A stretch of DNA of 64,000 nt from positions 75,429-139,428 of the forward strand of contig CAYMAI010000001.1 of the NCBI GenBank assembly GCA_964388445.1. The letters run 5' to 3'. Positions 18,644 to 26,697 of this stretch are shown one piece after another. The stretch's first letter is position 1; every line of letters starts with the position of its first letter. The stretch comes from an uncultured Planctomycetia bacterium. GTDB lineage: Bacteria > 4484-113 > JAGGVC01. Position numbers and translations under genes: made by a program. The notes under the pieces are model-generated. The model was not told the origin of the DNA. It saw only the letters and a program-made list of their open reading frames with translations, and did no database searches.

Positions 18644-20259
18644 ATGTAAACCGCCCCCCGAACGCCGCCGAATGGATTGGCGTCAAATGCGGGCTTGGTT
18701 GAAATCGATCCGATATCTTCGTCGGAATTCTTGAAATTTCGATTGCCGTAACCGGCAAACTCCCGCGGTTCTCCGCCGCCCGTTCCGATTTCCACGTTTA
18801 ATTGCGCATCCCCGAATCCCTGGGATTCAAGAGCGGCACGCAATGCGGACAACTGATGCTCTATGGCGTCGCGAGAAATCGCGTTTGCAACGATAAGCGT
18901 AACCGATAATGAAGAACCCGCGATTTCGATTCGCGAAGTAATGGGGCCGAGATGCGGCGGATCGGTTTCCATCACGACTAGCCTGCCGGTTTGCCCGAAA
19001 GCCTTCATATCGACTATTTGTTCCATTACTATTCGCGGAATATCGCCAAGCTTGACGCTGGCAAGCTGCGAAGCCGCTTTGGCGTTCGGCGTCGGGGCTA
19101 GCCGCACATCTGCGGCCTGCATGGAACTGGCGTCGCCCGGCTCGTCGATTGCAAGAATTTGCGGTGTCAAAGTCGCGAGCGGACGATTTGTTTTCGAGGA
19201 TTCACTGCCAATTGAGGCGAGAAACGCGGAGGTACTGCCGGAATTTGCGGGACGTGCCGACTGGTTTTCAGCCGTTAAGGGGAGGTCCCGAATTGGCGCC
19301 CCCTCGTCATTGATCGTTCCCGGCATTAACTGCAGCATTGGGCTCTTTTGCGTTTGCGTGCTTGTGGGCTGCATTGAAGACTGGCTCGCGTTTGCCGGAT
19401 TCCCTACTTCGATATTTACGGTTTGATTAGGCGGGAGCGCGTGTTTAAGCTGGTTACGCGCATCTCCCGGAAAAACTAATTCCGGTGGAGGTAACACAAA
19501 TTTTAAAACAGAAAGATTGGCAGCGGTGTTCAATGCCGCATTTCGAGTTTGGATATCCGAGTTAACGAAACCCGTGGCGCCCTGCTTCTGTATCGTGCCA
19601 TTGGCGGCGGTATTCGCGTCGAGCGCTGCTTCCAAAATTTCTGCCGGAATAGCCAGTGATGAGCCGGCCTGAAGAATCGAAATTGTTAATTTTCCGCCGA
19701 TACTTCCAGCGCGCGTTTCAAGCGAAACGGAAAAAGTATGCTCGCTTGCGTCGTTCGTCCCAAGGTAACTAACCGACAACAGCCCTTTGCCAAGTCCGGT
19801 TTCGACGGGAATTAAAAGCGGTTTCGCTTCGCTCGACGCCGATACTAGTCTGCCAAGAAAAGAATTAATCTTTTCAATGTTCAGGTTGCGTTCGATCGCG
19901 GAAGGCGATGAATCCAATGAACCGGCATTGAGAGCGCGCGCGAATAGTTCGCGAAGAGCAGCCACCAGTTCTTCTTCAAGTCCAAGCCCCGAAAAAGAGC
20001 CCGGTAATGAGCCGCTTTTAATCTCGGATGTTTCCTCCTTGGCGGACAGGCCGAATCTCAGCCTTGTGCCGTCCGCCGCGGTCCAGTCCCATCCACTATT
20101 TTCGATTCCGCGATTGTTGCCGCCTGTGTGCAAGCCGCGAATAACTGCATCCGCGAGAGCGAGTGCAAATTCTTCCGGGTTTCCTGCGCCGCCGCCGCCG
20201 ATATATCCCGGTGCGCCGCTCGGCGGAGAGACGGCAATCGCTTGAATAAACTGGTCCAT
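18640..20259 (-). CDS. fliK: flagellar hook-length control protein FliK
   Basis: 539 aa, proline/serine-rich and low-complexity. C-terminal Flg_hook-like domain (RLVVMETDPPHLGPITSRIEIAGSSLSVTLIVANA). Position upstream of flgD. Confidence 0.7.
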   Translation of the reverse strand: MDQFIQAIAVSPPSGAPGYIGGGGAGNPEEFALALADAVIRGLHTGGNNRGIENSGWDWTAADGTRLRFGLSAKEETSEIKSGSLPGSFSGLGLEEELVAALRELFARALNAGSLDSSPSAIERNLNIEKINSFLGRLVSASSEAKPLLIPVETGLGKGLLSVSYLGTNDASEHTFSVSLETRAGSIGGKLTISILQAGSSLAIPAEILEAALDANTAANGTIQKQGATGFVNSDIQTRNAALNTAANLSVLKFVLPPPELVFPGDARNQLKHALPPNQTVNIEVGNPANASQSSMQPTSTQTQKSPMLQLMPGTINDEGAPIRDLPLTAENQSARPANSGSTSAFLASIGSESSKTNRPLATLTPQILAIDEPGDASSMQAADVRLAPTPNAKAASQLASVKLGDIPRIVMEQIVDMKAFGQTGRLVVMETDPPHLGPITSRIEIAGSSLSVTLIVANAISRDAIEHQLSALRAALESQGFGDAQLNVEIGTGGGEPREFAGYGNRNFKNSDEDIGSISTKPAFDANPFGGVRGAVYI

Positions 20260-20504
20260 TTCATCACCTCCTTTGCGTAAAGTAATTCTCGAAAGGCAGG
20301 GATTCTTTTTTCAAATGGAGCGGGTGCAAAATGCGCGGGCGTGCGGACGGCCATCGCGTCCCTGCGATTAATCTCAATCCGATTATCCAGTCGCGTCCCT
20401 GCGACCGCGTTCATAACTTACCCCGATGCGTCGTAACGCAATTAACTTATCGGCAGTCCGTCGCCGGCACTTGAGCCGGCGCTTTTTACACCTTCAGCCG
20501 GACA

Positions 20505-21029
20505 TTATTCTTCCGGTTCGGTTGCGGCTTGCGGCTCGGCGTCGGAGATCAAGTCTCCAAGCAAAGATTGGGCGGATGTTGCATCCAGCTTTTCAAGCAT
20601 CCTCGCCAGTTTCCAGTCGCTCGCCGCGCCTCTGATAAAAGCCTGCCCTTCCGCGCCGATTGCGGAATATATTTGCGAAAGCGCCTTCGAATTCGTCAAT
20701 TCGACGGTATTTACAGCCTTTGCCCGTGCAATTTCTGAATCCTCGATAGCCGCGCCGGCAACAGCCGAATACCCACCCGCGATACCGGCAGATATTTGGT
20801 CTTCAAACTGCGATAGCGCCGAAAGCGAAGTCGTGTTGAAGTAAACAGCTGTTTGAGCGCGGCGCCTTTCTTCTTCTGCGGTTTTGCCTTTAAGCGTAAA
20901 TTCGTACCCGGCAAGTCCCAAGAACGCCGCCGTGCTGATTACGAGAAAAAGCACAAGTTGAAGCCTAGTTGGGAAAACTTCGATAACTCCGTTTGTCGTG
21001 CCTTTTTGCTGCATTTTGGCTTCCCGCAT
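20505..21029 (-). CDS. hypothetical membrane-anchored protein (single N-terminal TM; possible flagellar accessory protein, FliL/YlxF-like topology)
   Basis: N-terminal hydrophobic helix (LQLVLFLVISTAAFLGLAGY) followed by a soluble domain. Located between the Maf-like gene and fliK on the same strand. No motif recognised. Confidence 0.35.
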   Translation of the reverse strand: MREAKMQQKGTTNGVIEVFPTRLQLVLFLVISTAAFLGLAGYEFTLKGKTAEEERRRAQTAVYFNTTSLSALSQFEDQISAGIAGGYSAVAGAAIEDSEIARAKAVNTVELTNSKALSQIYSAIGAEGQAFIRGAASDWKLARMLEKLDATSAQSLLGDLISDAEPQAATEPEE

Positions 21030-21037
21030 TTACCGGC

Positions 21038-22999
21038 TTACGCCCCGCCCGCCGCGGCGGTTACTTTCATTCCTTGCCGTTCGATTTCGTCCCGCAGTTC
21101 GTCGCGTGCGTTTTCGAACAGCGGCAAAAGTTGCGCGCCCGTCGTCGCGCATGTCGCGAAGAGGACCCCGAACGCGTCGTTCATCTGCAAAAGCGCAGGC
21201 TTATCGACTTTGCCTTCTTCGAGGACAATCTCCTTTAGCCGGGAGAAATACTTATATAGACCCGCCTGATTGAGCATTTCCAGAAACGGTTTCGCTTCGA
21301 CAAGGCCGTCGATTTCCTTTCTGAGCTTTACCATTTTGTTATATACGTCGCGCACGTCCTGGGCGTATGGGTCCTCGGTCTCGACCAATTCGCCGAGCTT
21401 TTTGGAATACTCATACCCTTTGCTCGACGCTTTGAGGAGCCGCCTGAACTCGCCGATGAGATCGTCCATTTCGCTTGCCAAATACGGCAGCCTGAATCCG
21501 TTTCCTTGCGAATGCGCTTCCGCAAGCATGCCTGCGATGTCGAATTCGCCCTTAAGGTTTTCGTCGATAGCTTCGCGGAATGTGGCGATTTCGACGTTTT
21601 CGCTTTTCAAAATTCCGCCCTCTGTCGCGTTTACAATCTTTCTGCCATGCGGCTCGGCGAATCGTCTCAAAAGAAACTCGCAGTAAGCGAACATCTGACG
21701 GTTTGTAAACACTTCGTTGCCGTAAATATCCGTTCTCGAAATTACTTTCTGGTTTTTCTTGACGAAATCCTCGACCGACATATCCTTGCCGTCGTCGTCT
21801 TCGAAATACGTGCCCTTGACGTATGTTCTGCCCCAGCTGAACGCCAAGTCTTGCCCGATGAAGATAATCGGGTCGCACCCCATTTGAAGCACGATGTCGT
21901 ATGCAATCGTCGCAACGCTGCCCCAAACGTTAACGTGCCCGACGTCGATGCGCGAATCGAACCAAGCGAAAAACCGCGTGCCGAACGAGCAGAAAAATCT
22001 GCCGCCCGCCCATTCGCTTACTGTTTTCGGCGGCGCCTGCGGGTCGCATATTAAAATCGTCTCCGGCAGCCGCACGCCTTTGAGGTGTTTATAGTTCGCC
22101 TCTTGAGGGTCGCCGGTCGCCACTATGTGAGGCGTGATTCCCATTTTCATCAGCGGTTTTACCGCCGTGTCCACCGCGCAGATTACTCCGCGGTTTCGGA
22201 TTTCTTTAAGCAGATGCGCGTTCTTGCTCAGGCTCGGCCCCGCGCTGACCACGATTCCGGGAACGCCGGCGAATTTGCCGCGCAGATTGTTGAACACGGG
22301 GTCTTTGACAAGATACTTGAAATTGATCAGCGAATTCTGCGTATAAGCCTGTCCCATCGCCATCATCGTTTGAAAGTTGCCCGCAACTTGCAGCAGCTGC
22401 GCGCGAAGCTTGATCATATATTCGTTCATCACCGGCTTCAGCGGCGTATCCGAATAGTATTCCCATTCGATTACATGCAGCCCTTTGAACTTCATAAGGT
22501 CGAACAGGCGGCCGATTGAATCCCCGGCATGCTCCACGTTACCCGACGCCACGATGGTAAGCTTCTGATGGCTGAGCACGACCGATTGGTCTCGCGCCGA
22601 CATTGCGAGGTAAAAAACCTCCTCGCTTGCTTCCGCGATAACCAGAGTCGAATCCGGAGGCAAATGAAGCATCAATTCGTCAACGTGATATCCCATGCCG
22701 AATCCGATAACCGCATAGAAATTCCGCTCGCCGAATTCGGGCCGGTGTTTTTCGATTATCTGCGCCGCTTCGCGAACCGGCTCGTACCGGCTCGACAGCG
22801 CAATCGGCTTTCCGGTGTCGCCAACCAGCTCGATAACCGGCGCGCCGGATTTCGCGGATGTCAGCCGGGCGGTCCATCCTTTGGGCAATGATACGGAACT
22901 GCCGGTCGAGTGACGCGCCGAAAGCCGCGCCGCAAGGTCCGGGTTGACGGTTTCGAGCATTTTCAGGTTTTTTTCGAAATATTCGCTCATATTGTTCAA
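21038..22999 (-). CDS. motility-associated factor (Maf)/DUF115 (MptE-like) family protein; putative flagellin-glycosylation enzyme
   Basis: 653 aa, a size typical of Maf proteins, embedded in a flagellar operon. The central region resembles the DUF115 nucleotide-binding fold (GVICAVDTAVKPLMKMGITPHIVATGDPQ). Family assignment by recollection, not verified. Confidence 0.4.
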   Translation of the reverse strand: MNNMSEYFEKNLKMLETVNPDLAARLSARHSTGSSVSLPKGWTARLTSAKSGAPVIELVGDTGKPIALSSRYEPVREAAQIIEKHRPEFGERNFYAVIGFGMGYHVDELMLHLPPDSTLVIAEASEEVFYLAMSARDQSVVLSHQKLTIVASGNVEHAGDSIGRLFDLMKFKGLHVIEWEYYSDTPLKPVMNEYMIKLRAQLLQVAGNFQTMMAMGQAYTQNSLINFKYLVKDPVFNNLRGKFAGVPGIVVSAGPSLSKNAHLLKEIRNRGVICAVDTAVKPLMKMGITPHIVATGDPQEANYKHLKGVRLPETILICDPQAPPKTVSEWAGGRFFCSFGTRFFAWFDSRIDVGHVNVWGSVATIAYDIVLQMGCDPIIFIGQDLAFSWGRTYVKGTYFEDDDGKDMSVEDFVKKNQKVISRTDIYGNEVFTNRQMFAYCEFLLRRFAEPHGRKIVNATEGGILKSENVEIATFREAIDENLKGEFDIAGMLAEAHSQGNGFRLPYLASEMDDLIGEFRRLLKASSKGYEYSKKLGELVETEDPYAQDVRDVYNKMVKLRKEIDGLVEAKPFLEMLNQAGLYKYFSRLKEIVLEEGKVDKPALLQMNDAFGVLFATCATTGAQLLPLFENARDELRDEIERQGMKVTAAAGGA

Positions 23000-23033
23000 T
23001 TCAAGCTGAAATGAAGCCGGGCGAAATGAGGCA

Positions 23034-23753
23034 TCAAGCGGTCGCCTGCATTTCGGTCATTCGCTTAAGCAAGGTTTTAACTTCGGCTTCCCAGGTTTCA
23101 AGCCTCGGCGCCAGTTCGTACTCCAAAATATCCGCAACCGCAGCGTGGTCGCCGTATTGTTGTGCCTGAGCCAGAGCTACCACCTGTTCACGCACGGATT
23201 CGATAATTTCGAAACTCGCAAGGTTGCCGTGCCCGTTTGCGCCGTTCAAAAGAAAATCGTCTCCTCCCGCAATGAATACGCGGTCGATAGCCGTAAGCAA
23301 CTCGATATACCAACCAAGGTATGGCGCAACGTCGCCGATTAGTCCGTATCCACGCTCGAAATTGCCCGTCCGGATTTCACCCGCGCCGTCGAGCACGTCA
23401 AGTTTGATGCTTGGAACGAGTTCGCAGGCGGTTTTGAGTCCTTCCGCGGCAATATCCACTATTCGCCGTGTATAAAATTCCACGATTTCGAGCTTTTCAA
23501 GCGGCTCGGCGCCGATTTCCCTTTCGTGATCTTCCGTCACGTCTTCGCCGTCCACGACAACGCGATAAATGACTTCCGATGACGGAATCGAATGCAGGGA
23601 AAGATGCACGATCAAGTCGCCGTACGTCTTTACAGAATCGAAATCGAGCGAAAGCTCGGAAAAATTGAGCATTACCTTGGCCATGCGTCCTCCGAAAGCC
23701 GACAATTTTATCGGCAGCTTGAGACCGCGGCTTGACATCGTCAGCACATCCAA
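23034..23753 (-). CDS. hypothetical protein (239 aa, acidic, no TM)
   Basis: Long ORF with coding-like composition, 35 nt upstream of the Maf-like gene on the same strand. No recognisable motif. Confidence 0.45.
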   Translation of the reverse strand: MDVLTMSSRGLKLPIKLSAFGGRMAKVMLNFSELSLDFDSVKTYGDLIVHLSLHSIPSSEVIYRVVVDGEDVTEDHEREIGAEPLEKLEIVEFYTRRIVDIAAEGLKTACELVPSIKLDVLDGAGEIRTGNFERGYGLIGDVAPYLGWYIELLTAIDRVFIAGGDDFLLNGANGHGNLASFEIIESVREQVVALAQAQQYGDHAAVADILEYELAPRLETWEAEVKTLLKRMTEMQATA

Positions 23754-23764
23754 TAAGGCCGAGC

Positions 23765-24322
23765 TTACGGAAAGTGCCGCGTTAACATTATTCTTGAAAT
23801 GATTATTAGGAGTATCGGATATGCGACTCCAAGGACTATCAGTACGGCGAAGGTGCGCCTAAGAAGCGCTTGAACCGGATGCCCGTCCTTGTACCAACCG
23901 GAATAAACCGAGAACATCGCAGCCGAAAATTGCGCGGTCACCGCAAGAATCGCTATCAATCCCAGAGGTATTGCGATTACCGCTCCTGACACGCACATAA
24001 AGGCGGAAAACAGGGTCAAGAAAATGGAAAACCAAAATACCGAAAAATAACGAAACAAAAGCGCGCTTTGCAAGGCGGTCATTTTGTCCGCAATTTCCGC
24101 ATCGCGGCTTTCTCGCTGAGCTTCGACGAGCGCCGTCTTGTCCATCCTTTCTTCGGCGTCGGCGGCCTTTACTTGCGCGACTTCGGCGGCCTTGCGCGCA
24201 ATCTCTCCCTCCGCTCCTATTTTCTCCGCGGCCGCAATCAGCCATCTCGTGGCAGCGTACCAGCCCGCGGCAGTAAACACGAGAAACGCAAGCGGAATGA
24301 ATCTGTCTGCAATGCCTTCCAC
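23765..24322 (-). CDS. hypothetical membrane protein (TM - coiled-coil - 3 TM)
   Basis: 185 aa with a charged, Ala/Glu-rich coiled-coil-like segment between hydrophobic helices. Position suggests it is the first gene of the flagellar transcription unit on this strand. Confidence 0.4.
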   Translation of the reverse strand: MEGIADRFIPLAFLVFTAAGWYAATRWLIAAAEKIGAEGEIARKAAEVAQVKAADAEERMDKTALVEAQRESRDAEIADKMTALQSALLFRYFSVFWFSIFLTLFSAFMCVSGAVIAIPLGLIAILAVTAQFSAAMFSVYSGWYKDGHPVQALLRRTFAVLIVLGVAYPILLIIISRIMLTRHFP

Positions 24323-24351
24323 GCTCCGATTCTATCATCAGGCCACATTCA

Positions 24352-25092
24352 ATGTGCCGTGCGAATACAAATTCGCCCGCGCCCTATACGGCTGTTGAAG
24401 CGGGATGCGTGATACAATTCGCCGCTGTGACTGGCGGCTACGGCACTTGGGACTACATCTGGCTTGGTCTCGTATTCCTCAGCGCGATTATCCTCCATGA
24501 AATCGCGCACGGCTTCGTCGCGCTTAAGTTCGGCGACGACACGGCGAAGCGCGCGGGCAGGCTAACGCTCAATCCGATTCCGCACATGGATTTCCTCGGC
24601 ACGATTTTCCTGATTATCGTCCTTACGACGGGGTTCGGCATCGGTTGGGCGAAGCCCGTTCCGGTCAATCCGCGCAGGTTCAGAAAACTTAGACCCGGAC
24701 TTTTTTGGGTCGCCGCCGCGGGACCGCTCACGAACGTAGCTCTCGCCATTTTCAGCCTGCTTCTCGCGGTGCTGTACGTCAAGCGCATTATCGCGTTTCC
24801 CGGCATTGATACGCTTATCCAAAGCATGTTCTTTTTAAATTTGCTTCTCGCCACGTTCAACATGGTGCCTATCCCGCCGCTCGACGGAAGCCGCATAGTG
24901 TCGAGCTTTCTATCGTTCAAGGCGATGGCCGCGTACAACAGCGTCGAAAGGTACGGCATCTTTATAATCGTCGCGCTTTTGCTCATTCCGATTCCGTTTA
25001 TTGGCCAGCCTCCGCTCAGAATCGTCCTTGGTTATATGGTTGGGAAATACGCCGCAATTTTCGAAAACTTTATTAGTTGGGTGGCGGCATGA
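24352..25092 (+). CDS. site-2 protease family zinc metalloprotease (peptidase M50, SpoIVFB-like)
   Basis: HEIAH (HExxH) within a TM helix (LSAIILHEIAHGFVALKFGDD). A downstream LDGSRIV-like segment (PIPPLDGSRIVSSF) and a polytopic membrane profile are present. The true start may be the GTG at ~24427. Confidence 0.75.
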   Translation: MCRANTNSPAPYTAVEAGCVIQFAAVTGGYGTWDYIWLGLVFLSAIILHEIAHGFVALKFGDDTAKRAGRLTLNPIPHMDFLGTIFLIIVLTTGFGIGWAKPVPVNPRRFRKLRPGLFWVAAAGPLTNVALAIFSLLLAVLYVKRIIAFPGIDTLIQSMFFLNLLLATFNMVPIPPLDGSRIVSSFLSFKAMAAYNSVERYGIFIIVALLLIPIPFIGQPPLRIVLGYMVGKYAAIFENFISWVAA

Positions 25093-25817
25093 CGCTGGAA
25101 CTTACGCTTGGCGACATCGAATTTACCGGCCCGCTAGACCTGCTTTTGAAACTCGTTCGCCGAAACGAAATGGACATCGCGCGCATAAACGTCAGCCTTA
25201 TATGCGACCAATTCGTATCATACGTCGAAGAGCATAAACTAACCGAACTCGATGAAGGTTACAGTTTTCTCGTTCTCGCCGCGACCCTGCTGGAAATTAA
25301 AAGCCGAATGCTGCTTCCGAAATCCAAAACGGGCGATGAAGAAATCGAAGACGATGACGCGGCGATGAGCGCGGAAGACATGACTCGCGAACTTGCGATG
25401 CGCCTGAGCGTGTACGAAAGTTTCCAGAACATAGCGAAAGAATTCGAATCGCGGCTTGCAGATATGAGCCGTTATCTTCCGGGCGGGATGCGCCGCGACT
25501 TCGAAAGTACGCTGGTTTTAAGCATGAAAGACCTCTCGCTTTACGACATCATGAACACTTTTCAAAAAGTGCTCGCGGAGCGAAAGGAATCCGGCTTCGA
25601 AATAGAGGCTACGGCGCGCCCGATAGAAGAAGTAATCGAAGAGCTACTTGCCGACAACCTACTTGCAAGCTCCGGCAGGCTGCTGTCCGAAATACTCGCG
25701 GGCCAACCGGGCGTTCTCGACCTAATCGTTACGTTTCTCGCAGTGCTCGAACTCATTGCAAACGGCAGTCTCGATTTCAAACCCGTAGACGGCGACGTGC
25801 TAATCGTAAGCGCGTGA
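25077..25817 (+). CDS. scpA: segregation and condensation protein A (kleisin ScpA)
   Basis: N-terminal ScpA motif (FTGPLDLLLKLVRRNEMDIARINVSLICDQFVSYV). 246 aa. No scpB follows. Confidence 0.85.
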   Translation: MGGGMTLELTLGDIEFTGPLDLLLKLVRRNEMDIARINVSLICDQFVSYVEEHKLTELDEGYSFLVLAATLLEIKSRMLLPKSKTGDEEIEDDDAAMSAEDMTRELAMRLSVYESFQNIAKEFESRLADMSRYLPGGMRRDFESTLVLSMKDLSLYDIMNTFQKVLAERKESGFEIEATARPIEEVIEELLADNLLASSGRLLSEILAGQPGVLDLIVTFLAVLELIANGSLDFKPVDGDVLIVSA

Positions 25818-25981
25818 TTGCGATTGGCAATCAAAGAACATATTTGCTGATCAAACCTGGTTTATCCATTATATAACCGCGATCTTGCGAATTTAATAAT
25901 CCGCGGGAAATTTTCGGGAATTCACTTATTGTGCTTAACAATTACCAATTTTCGCGGTAGCCTCTATAGCGAGGTGGGATT

Positions 25982-26638
25982 ATGTCTTTTGCAAAGTTCA
26001 GTTTTTTAATTGCATTTACTTTTGCCGCGTTGGCGGTTATCGCGGTGGCGCCTCTGGCCGAAAAGCAAGAGCAGGATGATGATGCCGTTAAGAAGCCCCG
26101 CTGGACATACGATGAAATTGTAGGGGACCCGGAGTTTCTGGGATATAGAAAAACTTGGCAGGTTACGATACTTTTGGCTTATTTCGGTGATAAGGGAACG
26201 ATTCCCGATTATAAGCGATTGTATCCCTTTGATATGCTGAGCGCAACTTGGATTACAACCAAATATTATGCATTCCCGAACAATATTGACGACGAACATA
26301 ACGCCTGCCTTTTGCTAAATTGCGTGTTGAGTCCAAGTTTTGTCGCAGCCTTGCGCGATGATTCAGAAATTCAAATCTTTTTACCACAAGTATGTCGATA
26401 TTATGTACCACTTCTTGGAGCCCAAAGAGATGACGGGCCAAACATTTGGATAAACTATATGAACGAACGGATTCAGAGAAAACCAAAGAAGGAAGGCTAC
26501 TACATACCCGACGTATCACTCGGCGTGATTGGGATTTTAAGCGATAAAGCTCCAGAAAAGTGTGGTTTCACCACCAGTACAGGTTTTGCAATAAATTCCG
26601 AGCATTTTACTTTCGATTGGATTATTAATCGGGAGTAA
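25982..26638 (+). CDS. hypothetical secreted protein encoded in a low-GC island
   Basis: Signal peptide (MSFAKFSFLIAFTFAALAVIAVAPLA). Local GC is clearly lower than the flanks (~42% in a sampled 60-nt stretch, against a higher-GC surrounding sequence). An AT-rich promoter-like region lies upstream. No family recognised. Confidence 0.5.
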   Translation: MSFAKFSFLIAFTFAALAVIAVAPLAEKQEQDDDAVKKPRWTYDEIVGDPEFLGYRKTWQVTILLAYFGDKGTIPDYKRLYPFDMLSATWITTKYYAFPNNIDDEHNACLLLNCVLSPSFVAALRDDSEIQIFLPQVCRYYVPLLGAQRDDGPNIWINYMNERIQRKPKKEGYYIPDVSLGVIGILSDKAPEKCGFTTSTGFAINSEHFTFDWIINRE

Positions 26639-26697
26639 ACAACTTATGTAAGAATCCATGTTTGCATCCTTTCGCAGTCACAACTTAATTAAGGTTT

